64,000 bases of DNA from Draconibacterium sp. (GTDB lineage Bacteria > Bacteroidota > Bacteroidia > Bacteroidales > Prolixibacteraceae). Position numbers and translations under genes: made by a program. Below, piece after piece: positions 9,417-18,895 of the stretch (positions within the stretch are counted from its first letter, which is position 1; each line of letters starts with the position of its first letter). The notes under the pieces were generated by a model. It saw only the letters and a program-made list of their open reading frames with translations. It searched no databases and was not told the DNA's origin. The DNA lies in contig JAWKKP010000018.1 in NCBI GenBank assembly GCA_041393215.1, positions 20,675 through 84,674 of the forward strand. The letters run 5' to 3'.

Positions 9417-10799
9417 TTAATTTGGTTCTGGATTTGGAACAAAAACTTCATTGGCTTCGGATGCCCCGAATTGAATAACCAACCCGACATAATCCCAGTT
9501 AACGCCTCTTATAATGATATCTTCGCCTGCAGCTCCCCTGCGTTTCAGGTCATGAAGCCGATAGCCTTCGCCCATTAATTCCAATCGTCTTTCGGTGTGG
9601 GCTGCATTTAGTATAGCTACATTGTCTGCTGTTTCAAGCAGGTTTTTCGAAGAACTTCCATAAGCTCTCTCCCTTATGTCGTTAACTTCTTTAATTGCTG
9701 CCGGTTTATCTACTGACGATTTTAGCATTGCAGCTTCTGCCTTTAAAAGTTTTAATTCGGAAAGCCTGATTACAGGTACCACCGGGAATTCATAATTGAA
9801 TTTGGTCATCGCAATGTATTCATTGTCGGCCCCCGGGTTAAAAACCTGGTACCAATTTTCGGTTCTTTTATCGCCTGCATTTGCTTTAATTACGTTTGTA
9901 TATACGTCAGGCGAAATACGGATGTTTGGAATATTTGTACCGTCAGAACGAAAAACGCCGAAATCTCCACCTACTCTTTTCCCTGATACTTCGTTCGATA
10001 CAAGTTTAAAAACAGCATCATCGCCCGGATTGTAATCTTCAAAGTCGGTTGCAAATGTAAAACTTCCACTTTCGATAACTTCAGAGGCCTTTGCAAACGC
10101 ATTGTCGTAATCATGCATCTGGAAATATACCTGGGCTAAAGCTCCTTTTGCTGCCCATTTGGTTGCATAAACATAACCTGAATTTTCAGCAGGTAAATCA
10201 CTTTCAGCATCGGTTAAATCTGAAATAATTTGCTGGTAAACCTCAGCAACGGTATTACGGGGAAGCAATTCAACCTTCGTGTTGGTTTTAATAACTATTC
10301 CCGGATGACTATTGTCTGAAGTGTAACCATAAGGTTGAGCAAACAAACGAACTACAGCAAAGTGAGCAATTCCCCTCAGGAATTTGGCTTCCGCTGTCAT
10401 TCGGGTTGCGTCGTCAGCACTTAGGCCAGAAACACTTTCTAAATTCTCGAGCACGAGATTCGAGCGCAAAATACAGATGTACGCTTGTTCGTAGGATTCG
10501 TTATCGGTAAAATAACCAGTGGTGTAACGTTTATATATATTTACCATTTCATCGGTAATACCATCTCGCAGCACCATATTATCACCAAGCAATTCCGAGG
10601 TACGTTGAAAGCGGCCGCCATAGAATCCATTCACAACATCGTATGCCGCATTTAACAGTTCCTGTAAATCGTTTTTTGTTTGAAGAGCGTCTGATTCCAG
10701 GATTACTCCTTCATCAACTGGGTCAATTGTAAGCAAGCTTTCACAACCTGAAAACAGAACTCCAAACAAGAATATAATTGCTAAATATTTATTTTTCAT
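9417..10799 (-). CDS. susD: RagB/SusD nutrient-binding lipoprotein
   Basis: Lipobox FSGC; AEAKFLRGIAHFAVVRLF, VIRLSELKLLKAEA and ERRLELMGEGYRLHDLKR motifs. Confidence 0.95.
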   Translation of the reverse strand: MKNKYLAIIFLFGVLFSGCESLLTIDPVDEGVILESDALQTKNDLQELLNAAYDVVNGFYGGRFQRTSELLGDNMVLRDGITDEMVNIYKRYTTGYFTDNESYEQAYICILRSNLVLENLESVSGLSADDATRMTAEAKFLRGIAHFAVVRLFAQPYGYTSDNSHPGIVIKTNTKVELLPRNTVAEVYQQIISDLTDAESDLPAENSGYVYATKWAAKGALAQVYFQMHDYDNAFAKASEVIESGSFTFATDFEDYNPGDDAVFKLVSNEVSGKRVGGDFGVFRSDGTNIPNIRISPDVYTNVIKANAGDKRTENWYQVFNPGADNEYIAMTKFNYEFPVVPVIRLSELKLLKAEAAMLKSSVDKPAAIKEVNDIRERAYGSSSKNLLETADNVAILNAAHTERRLELMGEGYRLHDLKRRGAAGEDIIIRGVNWDYVGLVIQFGASEANEVFVPNPEPN

Positions 10800-10811
10800 C
10801 GTTGTAAGTCT

Positions 10812-13800
10812 TTAAAATGTTATGTTCAAACCTAAGGTTCCAATTTTTTCCTGGGGAGGTGTGAGGAAACTTACGTTAGCACTCATGTTACGGTCTCTTG
10901 GATCATCATGATCTCTGGCTACTTCGGGGTCAGCTCCAGGGTATTTGGTAAAAGTCAACAAGTTTGTTCCCGTTACAAAAACCCTCATCGATGAAATTCC
11001 AACTTTATGTAATCCTTTCGGAGGAATTGTATAAGATAGAGTAAGGTTTTTCAACCGAAGATAATCTCCATCGAATAGCCACATTGTTGAGTTAAACCAT
11101 TGTTCCCCGTCTTTTCCGTAGGTTGATCCTTCTCTTGACATACGCGGATATTTGGCTTCATCGCCGGGTTGTCTCCAACGATCAAAAATATCGGTTCTGA
11201 AATTCCAGTCTGAAGCCAGCCCCATCTGTCTTTTCGATGATGAGTCATAAATTTGAGCACCAACACTAAAAGTAAACAAGGCGCTCAATTCCAATCCTTT
11301 ATAACGGAATGTATTGGTAAAACCTCCTGTAAAGTCTGGAATTACCTTTCCTGCAGGGACAGCGTAGCCTTCTTCTCCTTCGAATTTGTATGTTTTAGTT
11401 TCGTTTCCTTCTTTATCAAGATAAATTGGGCGTCCGTCTGCCGGGTCGATTCTGGAGAATCTTACCAACCTGTTTGTTCCAACCGGATAACCCTTTAAAA
11501 TACGGGTATCGTTTGTTCCTCCACCGATTTCTTCTGTGGTTAAACCACCAACATCGGTTACTTCGTTTCGCAATGTTGAAATGTTAAATTGCGTATCCCA
11601 CTGAAAATCGCCGACCAGGTTTTTTGTTGTAATGCTAAATTCTAAACCTTCATTTTCGATGGTAGCAATGTTTTGCCATTGACTCCCATAACCCGATGTG
11701 GTTGTAATTGCCACATTAATGAAAACATCTTCCGATTTTTTAAAGAAATAGGCCGCCTCGGTTGCAATACGTCCTTCAAAAAGGCGTGCTTCAAATCCAA
11801 GGTCGTAACTTTTTGTTGTTTCCCATTTTAAATCCGGATTTGCAAATTTTTCCGGATAGCGGATTGGCAAGTCGTTATATTTTTGCGATTCAGTTGTTGA
11901 AAGTCGGTAAGTTCCGATGTGTTCATAGTTTGGAATACTTGAGTTCCCGGTAATCCCGTAACTGGCTTTTAGTTTCAGGAACGACAACCACTTACTGTCA
12001 CTCAGGAAATCTTCTTCCGTCATAATCCAGCCTAAAGCGAACGTAGGGAAATATCCGTATTTGTTGTTTTTCCCGAATCTTGAAGAACCGTCTGTACGCA
12101 ATGTTGCCTGGGCGATGTAGCGTTCTTTATATAAATAGTTCAGTCTTCCGAAGAAGCTGATAAAACGCCAGTGTTCATCCCTTAATTTTTCAGTGCTTTC
12201 AACATTTTCGCGGCTTTCATCCCAATTTGTATTCGAACCGGTTGTTAAAGATTCCTGAAGTTCGTGTCCAAGCATGGCTTTCAGATCGTGGTCTTCATTT
12301 GCAAGCTTGAAATCATAATTGGCAACTACGGTGTAATTCCAGTTATATACTTCCCGGTTATTTTCCCAACGGTAATCTTTGCCTGATGATCTCATTGCGC
12401 CCTGTTCGAGCCCAACATTTTTGAAATCCATGTAATCAAGGGCTCCGTTAAGGTTAAATGAAAGTTTTGTTGTTGGAGCATAGTTAATATTCAAACTATT
12501 AATAGTACGGAATTCCTTGTTAGTTTCGTCGCGAAGTTTATTTACCATTACAGGGTTTCCAGAATTTCCGCCACCCCTGAAGAAGGTACCATCGTTATTG
12601 TAAATAGGATAAATTGGCAAAGCGTATCCCATTGCAGAACCTAAACCACCGTCCCAGGGGTTTCCCGGAAGCGCGGTATTAGTTTGAGCGACAGAAGAAG
12701 AAAGGGCCGCATTAAATTTTTGTGAAGGCGTAAAGTTAAGGTTCAGGTTACCATTATTACGTTTCATGTCGTTATCAACCAGGTATGATTGGTTATCGGT
12801 TAAAGAACCTCCAACACGAGCGATTAAATTTTTAGCGATACCAAAGTTGGCGCTTAAATTATACTCTTGTTTAAATCCGGTTCTTGTAACTTCATCCCAC
12901 CAGTCGGTGTCGTTTTGTTTTGCTCCTTCCCAAGTCAAACCTCCAGGTAAACCGGTTGGAATTCCTGTATTTCCGTCATTTTCCCATGCTTCCTGGTACA
13001 GTTGTAACCATTCTGCCGAGTTCGTCATGTTCACTTTTTTTGTCGGTCCACTGACACTAAGCTTCGTGTTAAACTCAATTTTCAGGGCACTTCCTTTTGC
13101 TTTTTTGGTAGTAATAATTACAACCCCGTTAGCTCCTCTGGAACCGTAAATACCCGTAGCCGAAGCATCTTTTAAAACTTCAATGGATTCAATATCGTTT
13201 GGGTCGATAGATGACAGAGGATTTAAGTTCATACCTCCGGTTCTGCCTCCTAAACCAAAAATGTCGTTGGTAATTGGAATCCCATCAACAACATATAAAG
13301 GATCTCCGGCAGCGTTAATTGAAGCGACCCCCCTTACACGGACAATAGCACCGGAACCAGCCATTCCACTCCCGGTGGTTACACTTACTCCCGGTGCCTG
13401 CCCAGCCAGTACACCTTCGAAAGAAGATGTAAGCTTACTTTCGATATCCCTGCTGTCAATTTTAGCAATGGAACCGGTTATTTCCCGTTTTGTCTGAATA
13501 CCATAGCCTACCACAACAATTTCATCCAGTTGCTCCGTGTCAACGTTAAGAGCGACATTAAGAGTTGTTGTTTCGCCAACAACAAATTCGGTAGTTTTGT
13601 ACCCAATATATGAGAATTGAAGCGTTGCCCCCTGTTCTACATTTATTGAATACACTCCCTCAAAGTTTGTGATAGCTCCTTGCGTCGTCCCTTTAACTAT
13701 TATAGTTACACCTGGCAATGATTCACCGCTTTGTGCGTCGGTAATTTTACCAGTAATTGTTTTTAATTGCCCATAACTACTTGTGAAAGCAAGAATGGCA

Positions 13801-13844
13801 ACCAAAAACAAAAATGCTTTAAGGTTTTTTTGTATAATCCTCAT
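10812..13844 (-). CDS. susC: SusC/RagA TonB-dependent transporter
   Basis: N-terminal carboxypeptidase-regulatory-like domain; DIESIEVLKDASATGIYGSRGANGVVIITTK; DLKWETT; C-terminal Phe. Confidence 0.97.
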   Translation of the reverse strand: MRIIQKNLKAFLFLVAILAFTSSYGQLKTITGKITDAQSGESLPGVTIIVKGTTQGAITNFEGVYSINVEQGATLQFSYIGYKTTEFVVGETTTLNVALNVDTEQLDEIVVVGYGIQTKREITGSIAKIDSRDIESKLTSSFEGVLAGQAPGVSVTTGSGMAGSGAIVRVRGVASINAAGDPLYVVDGIPITNDIFGLGGRTGGMNLNPLSSIDPNDIESIEVLKDASATGIYGSRGANGVVIITTKKAKGSALKIEFNTKLSVSGPTKKVNMTNSAEWLQLYQEAWENDGNTGIPTGLPGGLTWEGAKQNDTDWWDEVTRTGFKQEYNLSANFGIAKNLIARVGGSLTDNQSYLVDNDMKRNNGNLNLNFTPSQKFNAALSSSVAQTNTALPGNPWDGGLGSAMGYALPIYPIYNNDGTFFRGGGNSGNPVMVNKLRDETNKEFRTINSLNINYAPTTKLSFNLNGALDYMDFKNVGLEQGAMRSSGKDYRWENNREVYNWNYTVVANYDFKLANEDHDLKAMLGHELQESLTTGSNTNWDESRENVESTEKLRDEHWRFISFFGRLNYLYKERYIAQATLRTDGSSRFGKNNKYGYFPTFALGWIMTEEDFLSDSKWLSFLKLKASYGITGNSSIPNYEHIGTYRLSTTESQKYNDLPIRYPEKFANPDLKWETTKSYDLGFEARLFEGRIATEAAYFFKKSEDVFINVAITTTSGYGSQWQNIATIENEGLEFSITTKNLVGDFQWDTQFNISTLRNEVTDVGGLTTEEIGGGTNDTRILKGYPVGTNRLVRFSRIDPADGRPIYLDKEGNETKTYKFEGEEGYAVPAGKVIPDFTGGFTNTFRYKGLELSALFTFSVGAQIYDSSSKRQMGLASDWNFRTDIFDRWRQPGDEAKYPRMSREGSTYGKDGEQWFNSTMWLFDGDYLRLKNLTLSYTIPPKGLHKVGISSMRVFVTGTNLLTFTKYPGADPEVARDHDDPRDRNMSANVSFLTPPQEKIGTLGLNITF

Positions 13845-13944
13845 TTTAAATTTTATTAGTTTGTGAATTTTACAACGTTTTAGTTAAACTTTAATACTTA
13901 ATTTTAATAGGCAAGAAATCAACAAATTACAAGTACTTCTTAGT

Positions 13945-13952
13945 TAACTTTG
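13945..13952 (+). promoter_or_regulatory. Bacteroidota sigma70 -7 element (TAACTTTG) pointing away from susC
   Basis: Exact TAnnTTTG match; no clear -33 TTTG. Confidence 0.45.
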
Positions 13953-14019
13953 GCTAAAATCCTGTGCGAATCTAAAAAAAATGTTAAGAAATTGTAACGC
14001 TTTTTAACATACTAATTAA

Positions 14020-14045
14020 TGCAAACGTTTGCGGTTACGTTTGCG
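14020..14045. promoter_or_regulatory. LacI-type operator (GCAAACGTTTGC palindrome) plus a tandem half-site
   Basis: Perfect 12-bp palindrome at 14021-14032 with central CG, an extra ACGTTTGC at 14037-14044, and an identical core at 16293-16306. Confidence 0.8.
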
Positions 14046-14195
14046 CTCAATATGTTATAAAACAGGTAGTTACTGGTGGGGCGTGTTCGCTTGAAAAATC
14101 AATGCGAAAAATTTACGAAAACATAAGTTTAAAGTTATTTTTGAAGGCACTATTTTTTTGAAAGTATAAAGTTCTTGTAAACCAATCTTGGGCAT

Positions 14196-15152
14196 TTGAA
14201 GAGTGAAAACGAAATACCAGCCAAACCGTTTATAAAATGGGCAGGAGGAAAAGGCCAGTTATTGGATAAGTTTCTTTCATTTTATCCCGATGAATTGAAA
14301 TCGGGCAAAATCAATCATTATTATGAACCTTTCATTGGGGGCGGCGCTGTTTTTTTCGATGTTGTTCAGAAATTCAATATTAATAAAGCATTTCTATACG
14401 ACATAAACGAAGAACTGGTACTTACTTACAAGGTTATTCAAAAAGATGTATCTAAACTTATCGGGACACTCGATTCAATTCAAAAGGAATATTTCAAACT
14501 AAATGAAACTGAAAAAACAGAATACTTTTATACTACCCGATTAATTTTCAACGAGAACAGGTTGTCAACAAACTATTTAAAGTATTCCGAAAACTGGATC
14601 TTAAGAGCTGCCCAAATTATTTTTTTAAATAAAACCTGCTTTAATGGATTATTCAGGTTTAATGCCAAAGGAGAATTCAACGTTCCGGCCGGAAAATATA
14701 AAAATCCGAAAATTCTGGACGAGCAGAATCTGCTGAAAGTTTTCGAAATTTTGAAAATAGCAACTATCAAAAAGGCCGATTTTATGGCAGTGGAAAAAGA
14801 TATAGTTGAAAATTCATTTGTTTATTTTGACCCACCTTACCGGCCACTGAATGCAACTTCGAGTTTTACGGCTTACAGCAAACATAAATTCGAAGACGAA
14901 GAACAAACAAAACTGGCGCAGTTATATTCCAGGCTGGATAAAAAAGGTATTAAGCTGATGTTGAGCAATTCGGATCCGAGAAACAGCGATCCAAACGATG
15001 ACTTTTTTGATATAATTTATAAAGATTTCAATATTAAAAGAATTCCGGCTACAAGAATGATAAATTCAAAAGCATCGAAAAGAAATGCAATAAACGAAAT
15101 TGTGGTAACTAATTATATTTCAAAAACATGTCATACGCAAACTAAATTATAG
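14196..15152 (+). CDS. dam: Dam-family (D12 class) N6-adenine DNA methyltransferase, orphan
   Basis: KPFIKWAGGK, YYEPFIGGGAVFF, NKTCFNGLFRFN and FVYFDPPY motifs; TTG start; no adjacent restriction endonuclease gene. Confidence 0.92.
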   Translation: MKSENEIPAKPFIKWAGGKGQLLDKFLSFYPDELKSGKINHYYEPFIGGGAVFFDVVQKFNINKAFLYDINEELVLTYKVIQKDVSKLIGTLDSIQKEYFKLNETEKTEYFYTTRLIFNENRLSTNYLKYSENWILRAAQIIFLNKTCFNGLFRFNAKGEFNVPAGKYKNPKILDEQNLLKVFEILKIATIKKADFMAVEKDIVENSFVYFDPPYRPLNATSSFTAYSKHKFEDEEQTKLAQLYSRLDKKGIKLMLSNSDPRNSDPNDDFFDIIYKDFNIKRIPATRMINSKASKRNAINEIVVTNYISKTCHTQTKL

Positions 15153-15247
15153 CTGAATTAGCTTAAATTGGGAATATATATTATTTTTATAAATGTTGAT
15201 AAACTAACAATTAAAATCACCCGCCTTTTAAGAATAAACCTGGAAAA

Positions 15248-16264
15248 ATGAAAAACGGATTAGTTACAATAAAAGATATTGCACGTGAGCTAAAGATTTC
15301 TCCGTCAACTGTTTCCAGAGCTTTGAAAAATCATCCTGACATTAGTGAAGAAACCAAAAAGGCAGTTAACGATCTGGCTGCAAAATTAAATTACCAGCCA
15401 AATGCGGTTGCACTAAGTTTAAAGCAACGACGAAGGAGCACAATCGGCGTGATTATTCCTGAGATTGTTCATTATTTTTTCTCATCCGTTATTAGTGGTA
15501 TTGAAGATGTTGCTTATGATGCGGGTTATAATGTTATCATTTGCCAGTCGAATGAAAGATATGATCGCGAAGTAGCGAATGCCCGAACCTTGCTGGCAAA
15601 TCGAGTTGATGGTATTTTGGTATCGGTGTCGAAAGAAACCAGGGATTTTAGCCATTTTCATAATTTAAAAGACAACGGTGTGCCCCTGGTTTTTTATGAT
15701 AGGGTAATTCCGGATTTTCAGGCTGATCAAATCATCATCGACGATCTTGATGCTGCTTACAGGGCTACAAAACATTTAATCGAAGGGGGTTTCAGCGAAA
15801 TTTTTCATTTTGCAGGACCGCAAAATCTGCTCATTGGCCAGCAACGCAGAGACGGTTATTTGAAGGCGTTGAAAGAGACTGGATTAGAAATCGTTAACAG
15901 TCGGATTATTGAAGCCGATAACTTTGAAAAGGCACGCTTAACTGTCTTAAATATTCTTGAAAACAAACTTCCAATAGACGGAATATTTGCCGTAAACGAT
16001 TTAACCGCAATTGGGGCGATGCAAACACTTCAGAAAAGGGGAGTTAAAATTCCGAATGAAGTTGCTGTCGTGGGTTTTTCCGATGGCCGGTTATCGGGTA
16101 TTACTGACCCGACATTAACTTCTGTCGATCAACATGGATATGAAATGGGCTCAATTGCAACGGAGTTATTGCTAAAAAGAATATTCTCGGAAAACAGGGA
16201 TTATCCTTTCGAAACAAAAGTCCTGAATGCGAACCTGATCATAAGAGGTTCATCGGTCCGCTGA
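15248..16264 (+). CDS. LacI-family transcriptional regulator (probable maltose/starch regulator)
   Basis: VTIKDIARELKISPSTVSRAL helix-turn-helix, hinge YQPNAVALSL and periplasmic-binding-type sensor domain. Confidence 0.95.
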   Translation: MKNGLVTIKDIARELKISPSTVSRALKNHPDISEETKKAVNDLAAKLNYQPNAVALSLKQRRRSTIGVIIPEIVHYFFSSVISGIEDVAYDAGYNVIICQSNERYDREVANARTLLANRVDGILVSVSKETRDFSHFHNLKDNGVPLVFYDRVIPDFQADQIIIDDLDAAYRATKHLIEGGFSEIFHFAGPQNLLIGQQRRDGYLKALKETGLEIVNSRIIEADNFEKARLTVLNILENKLPIDGIFAVNDLTAIGAMQTLQKRGVKIPNEVAVVGFSDGRLSGITDPTLTSVDQHGYEMGSIATELLLKRIFSENRDYPFETKVLNANLIIRGSSVR

Positions 16265-16292
16265 AAAAAAATTCAAAAAAATTTTTTTTCTC

Positions 16293-16306
16293 TGCAAACG
16301 TTTGCA
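16293..16306. promoter_or_regulatory. LacI-type operator TGCAAACGTTTGCA
   Basis: Perfect 14-bp palindrome upstream of the MFS-pgmB-GH65 genes. Confidence 0.82.
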
Positions 16307-16361
16307 ACAATACTTTTTCACAAAAAATGCTTGTTATTAGGGGCTTACGCCGACTTTGAAA

Positions 16362-16394
16362 TTTGGATTATTCATTTTTTGTGTTTTATATTTG
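16362..16394 (+). promoter_or_regulatory. Bacteroidota sigma70 promoter (-33 TTTG, 21 nt, -7 TATATTTG)
   Basis: Canonical consensus and spacing upstream of the MFS gene. Confidence 0.75.
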
Positions 16395-16492
16395 TACAGG
16401 CAAATCAATATTTTCAACTTCTTTTTTAACTCGCGAACATCCAAAACGCTGAAATATTAATTTTAGCAAACCAACATTTTAACATAGTTACT

Positions 16493-18010
16493 ATGAGAAA
16501 AAAACCATTGCTGAGTTTTTGGCAAATTTGGAACATGAGTTTCGGTTTTTTAGGAATTCAGTTTGGATTTGCTCTTCAAAACGCCAATGTATCCCGGATA
16601 TTTGAAACTTTGGGAGCCAGCGTTGAAGATATTCCGATTTTATGGATTGCAGCTCCTGTTACCGGACTTATTGTTCAACCCATAATCGGGCACATGAGCG
16701 ACAAAACATGGAATCGTTTAGGGCGTCGTCGCCCATATTTTCTAACAGGTGCTATTCTGGCTTCACTTGCATTATTAATAATGCCAAATTCACCGATATT
16801 ATGGGTTGCAGCAGGAATGCTCTGGATAATGGATGCATCCATTAATATATCCATGGAACCATTTCGTGCATTTGTCGGTGATATGCTTTCCAGCGAACAA
16901 AGAACCAAAGGATTTTCAATGCAAAGCTTTTTTATTGGAACAGGAGCCGTTGCCGGATCGCTTTTACCTTACTTAATGACCAATTGGTTTGGCATTGAGA
17001 ATACTGCACCTGAAGGAATTATTCCTTCCTCAGTTAAATGGTCTTTTTACATTGGCGGCGCTGTATTTTTAATTGCGGTGTTATGGACTGTTATTCGTAC
17101 AAAAGAGTATTCCCCAAAAGAAATGGAAGTTTTTGAGGAAGAAAAAATCAAAACGAATCCTAATGCACAAAGTAGTTATCGTTCACCTGAAAAGCTTCAA
17201 AATGTTTTCCTAAGAAACGGATTGATTTTCCTTTTGGTTGGGTTGGCATTCTGTTATTACGTTTTTTTCAAAAATCTTGAAAAAGAACTTTACATCCTTG
17301 GAGGAGGTCTTGCCATTTATGGCATAATTCAACTGGTTACAATGACTTTAACAAAAGCGGACAGGGTAAAAAACGGATTAGTTGAAGTTATTACAGATAT
17401 GGTAAATATGCCAAAAACGATGGGACAATTGGCGGTCGTTCAGTTTTTCTCGTGGTTTGCGCTTTTTTCGATGTGGATTTACACTACAGCGGCAGTAACA
17501 AGCCATATTTACGGTACAAGCGATACAACTACTGTTATGTATAATAAAGGAGCAGATTGGGTTGGAGTTTTGTTTGGTACGTATAACGGTTTTGCTGCTT
17601 TGGTTGCATTTGGACTTCCAGTTCTTGCCAAATTCACCAGTCGTAAAACAACTCATGCAATTTCATTGGTAATCGGAGGAATTGGTTTATTGTCATTTTA
17701 TGTTATCTCAAATCCAAATGTTTTATTGTTGTCAATGGTTGCTGTCGGTATAGCATGGGCAAGTATTTTATCGATGCCTTATGCAATTCTTACCGGTTCT
17801 TTGCCGGCAAAAAAAATGGGTGTTTATATGGGAATTTTCAACTTTTTCATTGTAATTCCACAAATTCTGGCGGCCAGTATTCTCGGATTTTTTATGACTC
17901 ATTTTTTTAACGACGATGCCATGTGGGCATTGGTAGTAGGTGGATTTTCTATGATAATTGCGGCTATTTCGGTCGCTTTTGTCGATGATGTTGATAGTCC
18001 GAAAAAGTGA
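16493..18010 (+). CDS. MFS maltose/maltodextrin transporter (MalT/sucrose-transporter-like)
   Basis: SFWQIWNMSFGFLGIQFGFALQ, GRRRPYF and MGVYMGIFNFFIVIPQ; many TM helices; starch locus context. Confidence 0.9.
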   Translation: MRKKPLLSFWQIWNMSFGFLGIQFGFALQNANVSRIFETLGASVEDIPILWIAAPVTGLIVQPIIGHMSDKTWNRLGRRRPYFLTGAILASLALLIMPNSPILWVAAGMLWIMDASINISMEPFRAFVGDMLSSEQRTKGFSMQSFFIGTGAVAGSLLPYLMTNWFGIENTAPEGIIPSSVKWSFYIGGAVFLIAVLWTVIRTKEYSPKEMEVFEEEKIKTNPNAQSSYRSPEKLQNVFLRNGLIFLLVGLAFCYYVFFKNLEKELYILGGGLAIYGIIQLVTMTLTKADRVKNGLVEVITDMVNMPKTMGQLAVVQFFSWFALFSMWIYTTAAVTSHIYGTSDTTTVMYNKGADWVGVLFGTYNGFAALVAFGLPVLAKFTSRKTTHAISLVIGGIGLLSFYVISNPNVLLLSMVAVGIAWASILSMPYAILTGSLPAKKMGVYMGIFNFFIVIPQILAASILGFFMTHFFNDDAMWALVVGGFSMIIAAISVAFVDDVDSPKK

Positions 18011-18123
18011 GATGAAAGGAACATATTTATCTAGAGTAGAACAATGATTTTAATAAGGGAGTTTTCACGAAGCAATTTATTTGACACCTATGATGCCATT
18101 GGAAACATACAATTTTAATTAAA

Positions 18124-18777
18124 ATGAAGGGAATCAAAGCATTTATATTCGATCTCGATGGAGTAATTGTTGATACAGCAAAGTATCATTACATGGCATG
18201 GAAAAACCTGGCAAATAGTCTGAATTTCGATTTTACAGAAGAAGATAATGAGCGACTGAAAGGTGTTAGCCGGGAGGATTCGCTTAACATTCTTTTAGAA
18301 ATTGGAGGAAAGGACGTTGATGAAAAAACAAAAACAAAGCTTGCATCGAAAAAAAATAAGCAATATGTGGGTTTAATTTCTAAAATGACACCCGAAGAGA
18401 TTCTTCCCGGAGTAACCAATTTTCTGCAATCGGCAAAGGAAAACGGGATAAAAATTGTTCTCGGTTCAGCAAGTAAAAATGCACCGTTAATTCTCAAACA
18501 AATTGAATTGGAACATTTATTCGATGCAGTAATTGACGGGAATAAAGTCAGCAAAGCCAAGCCGGATCCCGAAGTATTCTTAAAAGGTGCTTCTGCAATA
18601 CATGTGCCTTATAGTCAATGTATTGTTTTTGAGGATGCAATTGCAGGAATTGAAGCTGCAAAAAATGCCAATATGGTTGCTGTTGGTGTTGGTGATTCAA
18701 AAATTCTGAAATCGGCGGATGTTGTTATCAGCGGATTTGACGGATTAACGGTAGGCGATTTATTGAAGATAGTTTAG
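18124..18777 (+). CDS. pgmB: Beta-phosphoglucomutase
   Basis: HAD motif FDLDGVIVDTAKYHY, GSASKNA, KPDPEVF and FEDA; adjacent to a GH65 gene. Confidence 0.95.
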   Translation: MKGIKAFIFDLDGVIVDTAKYHYMAWKNLANSLNFDFTEEDNERLKGVSREDSLNILLEIGGKDVDEKTKTKLASKKNKQYVGLISKMTPEEILPGVTNFLQSAKENGIKIVLGSASKNAPLILKQIELEHLFDAVIDGNKVSKAKPDPEVFLKGASAIHVPYSQCIVFEDAIAGIEAAKNANMVAVGVGDSKILKSADVVISGFDGLTVGDLLKIV

Positions 18778-18895
18778 TTTGAATAATGAATGACCGGAAT
18801 AGAGTTGAAATAATATTCAGGAGGATTTGCACAAAAGGCAAAAATAAAAATGGGAGTTCCATGAGTTACTTTTTAAATAGACAATTTTAAAACGA

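Noticed and set aside
13845-14195. pap-like GATC methylation switch at the susC promoter
   Set aside because: There is no GATC in this region or in 16265-16492. It remains possible only if the MTase has another target site.
14196-15247. Complete type II restriction-modification system
   Set aside because: No endonuclease ORF flanks the methylase. Only a 5-codon ATG ORF (MSYAN) overlaps its end.
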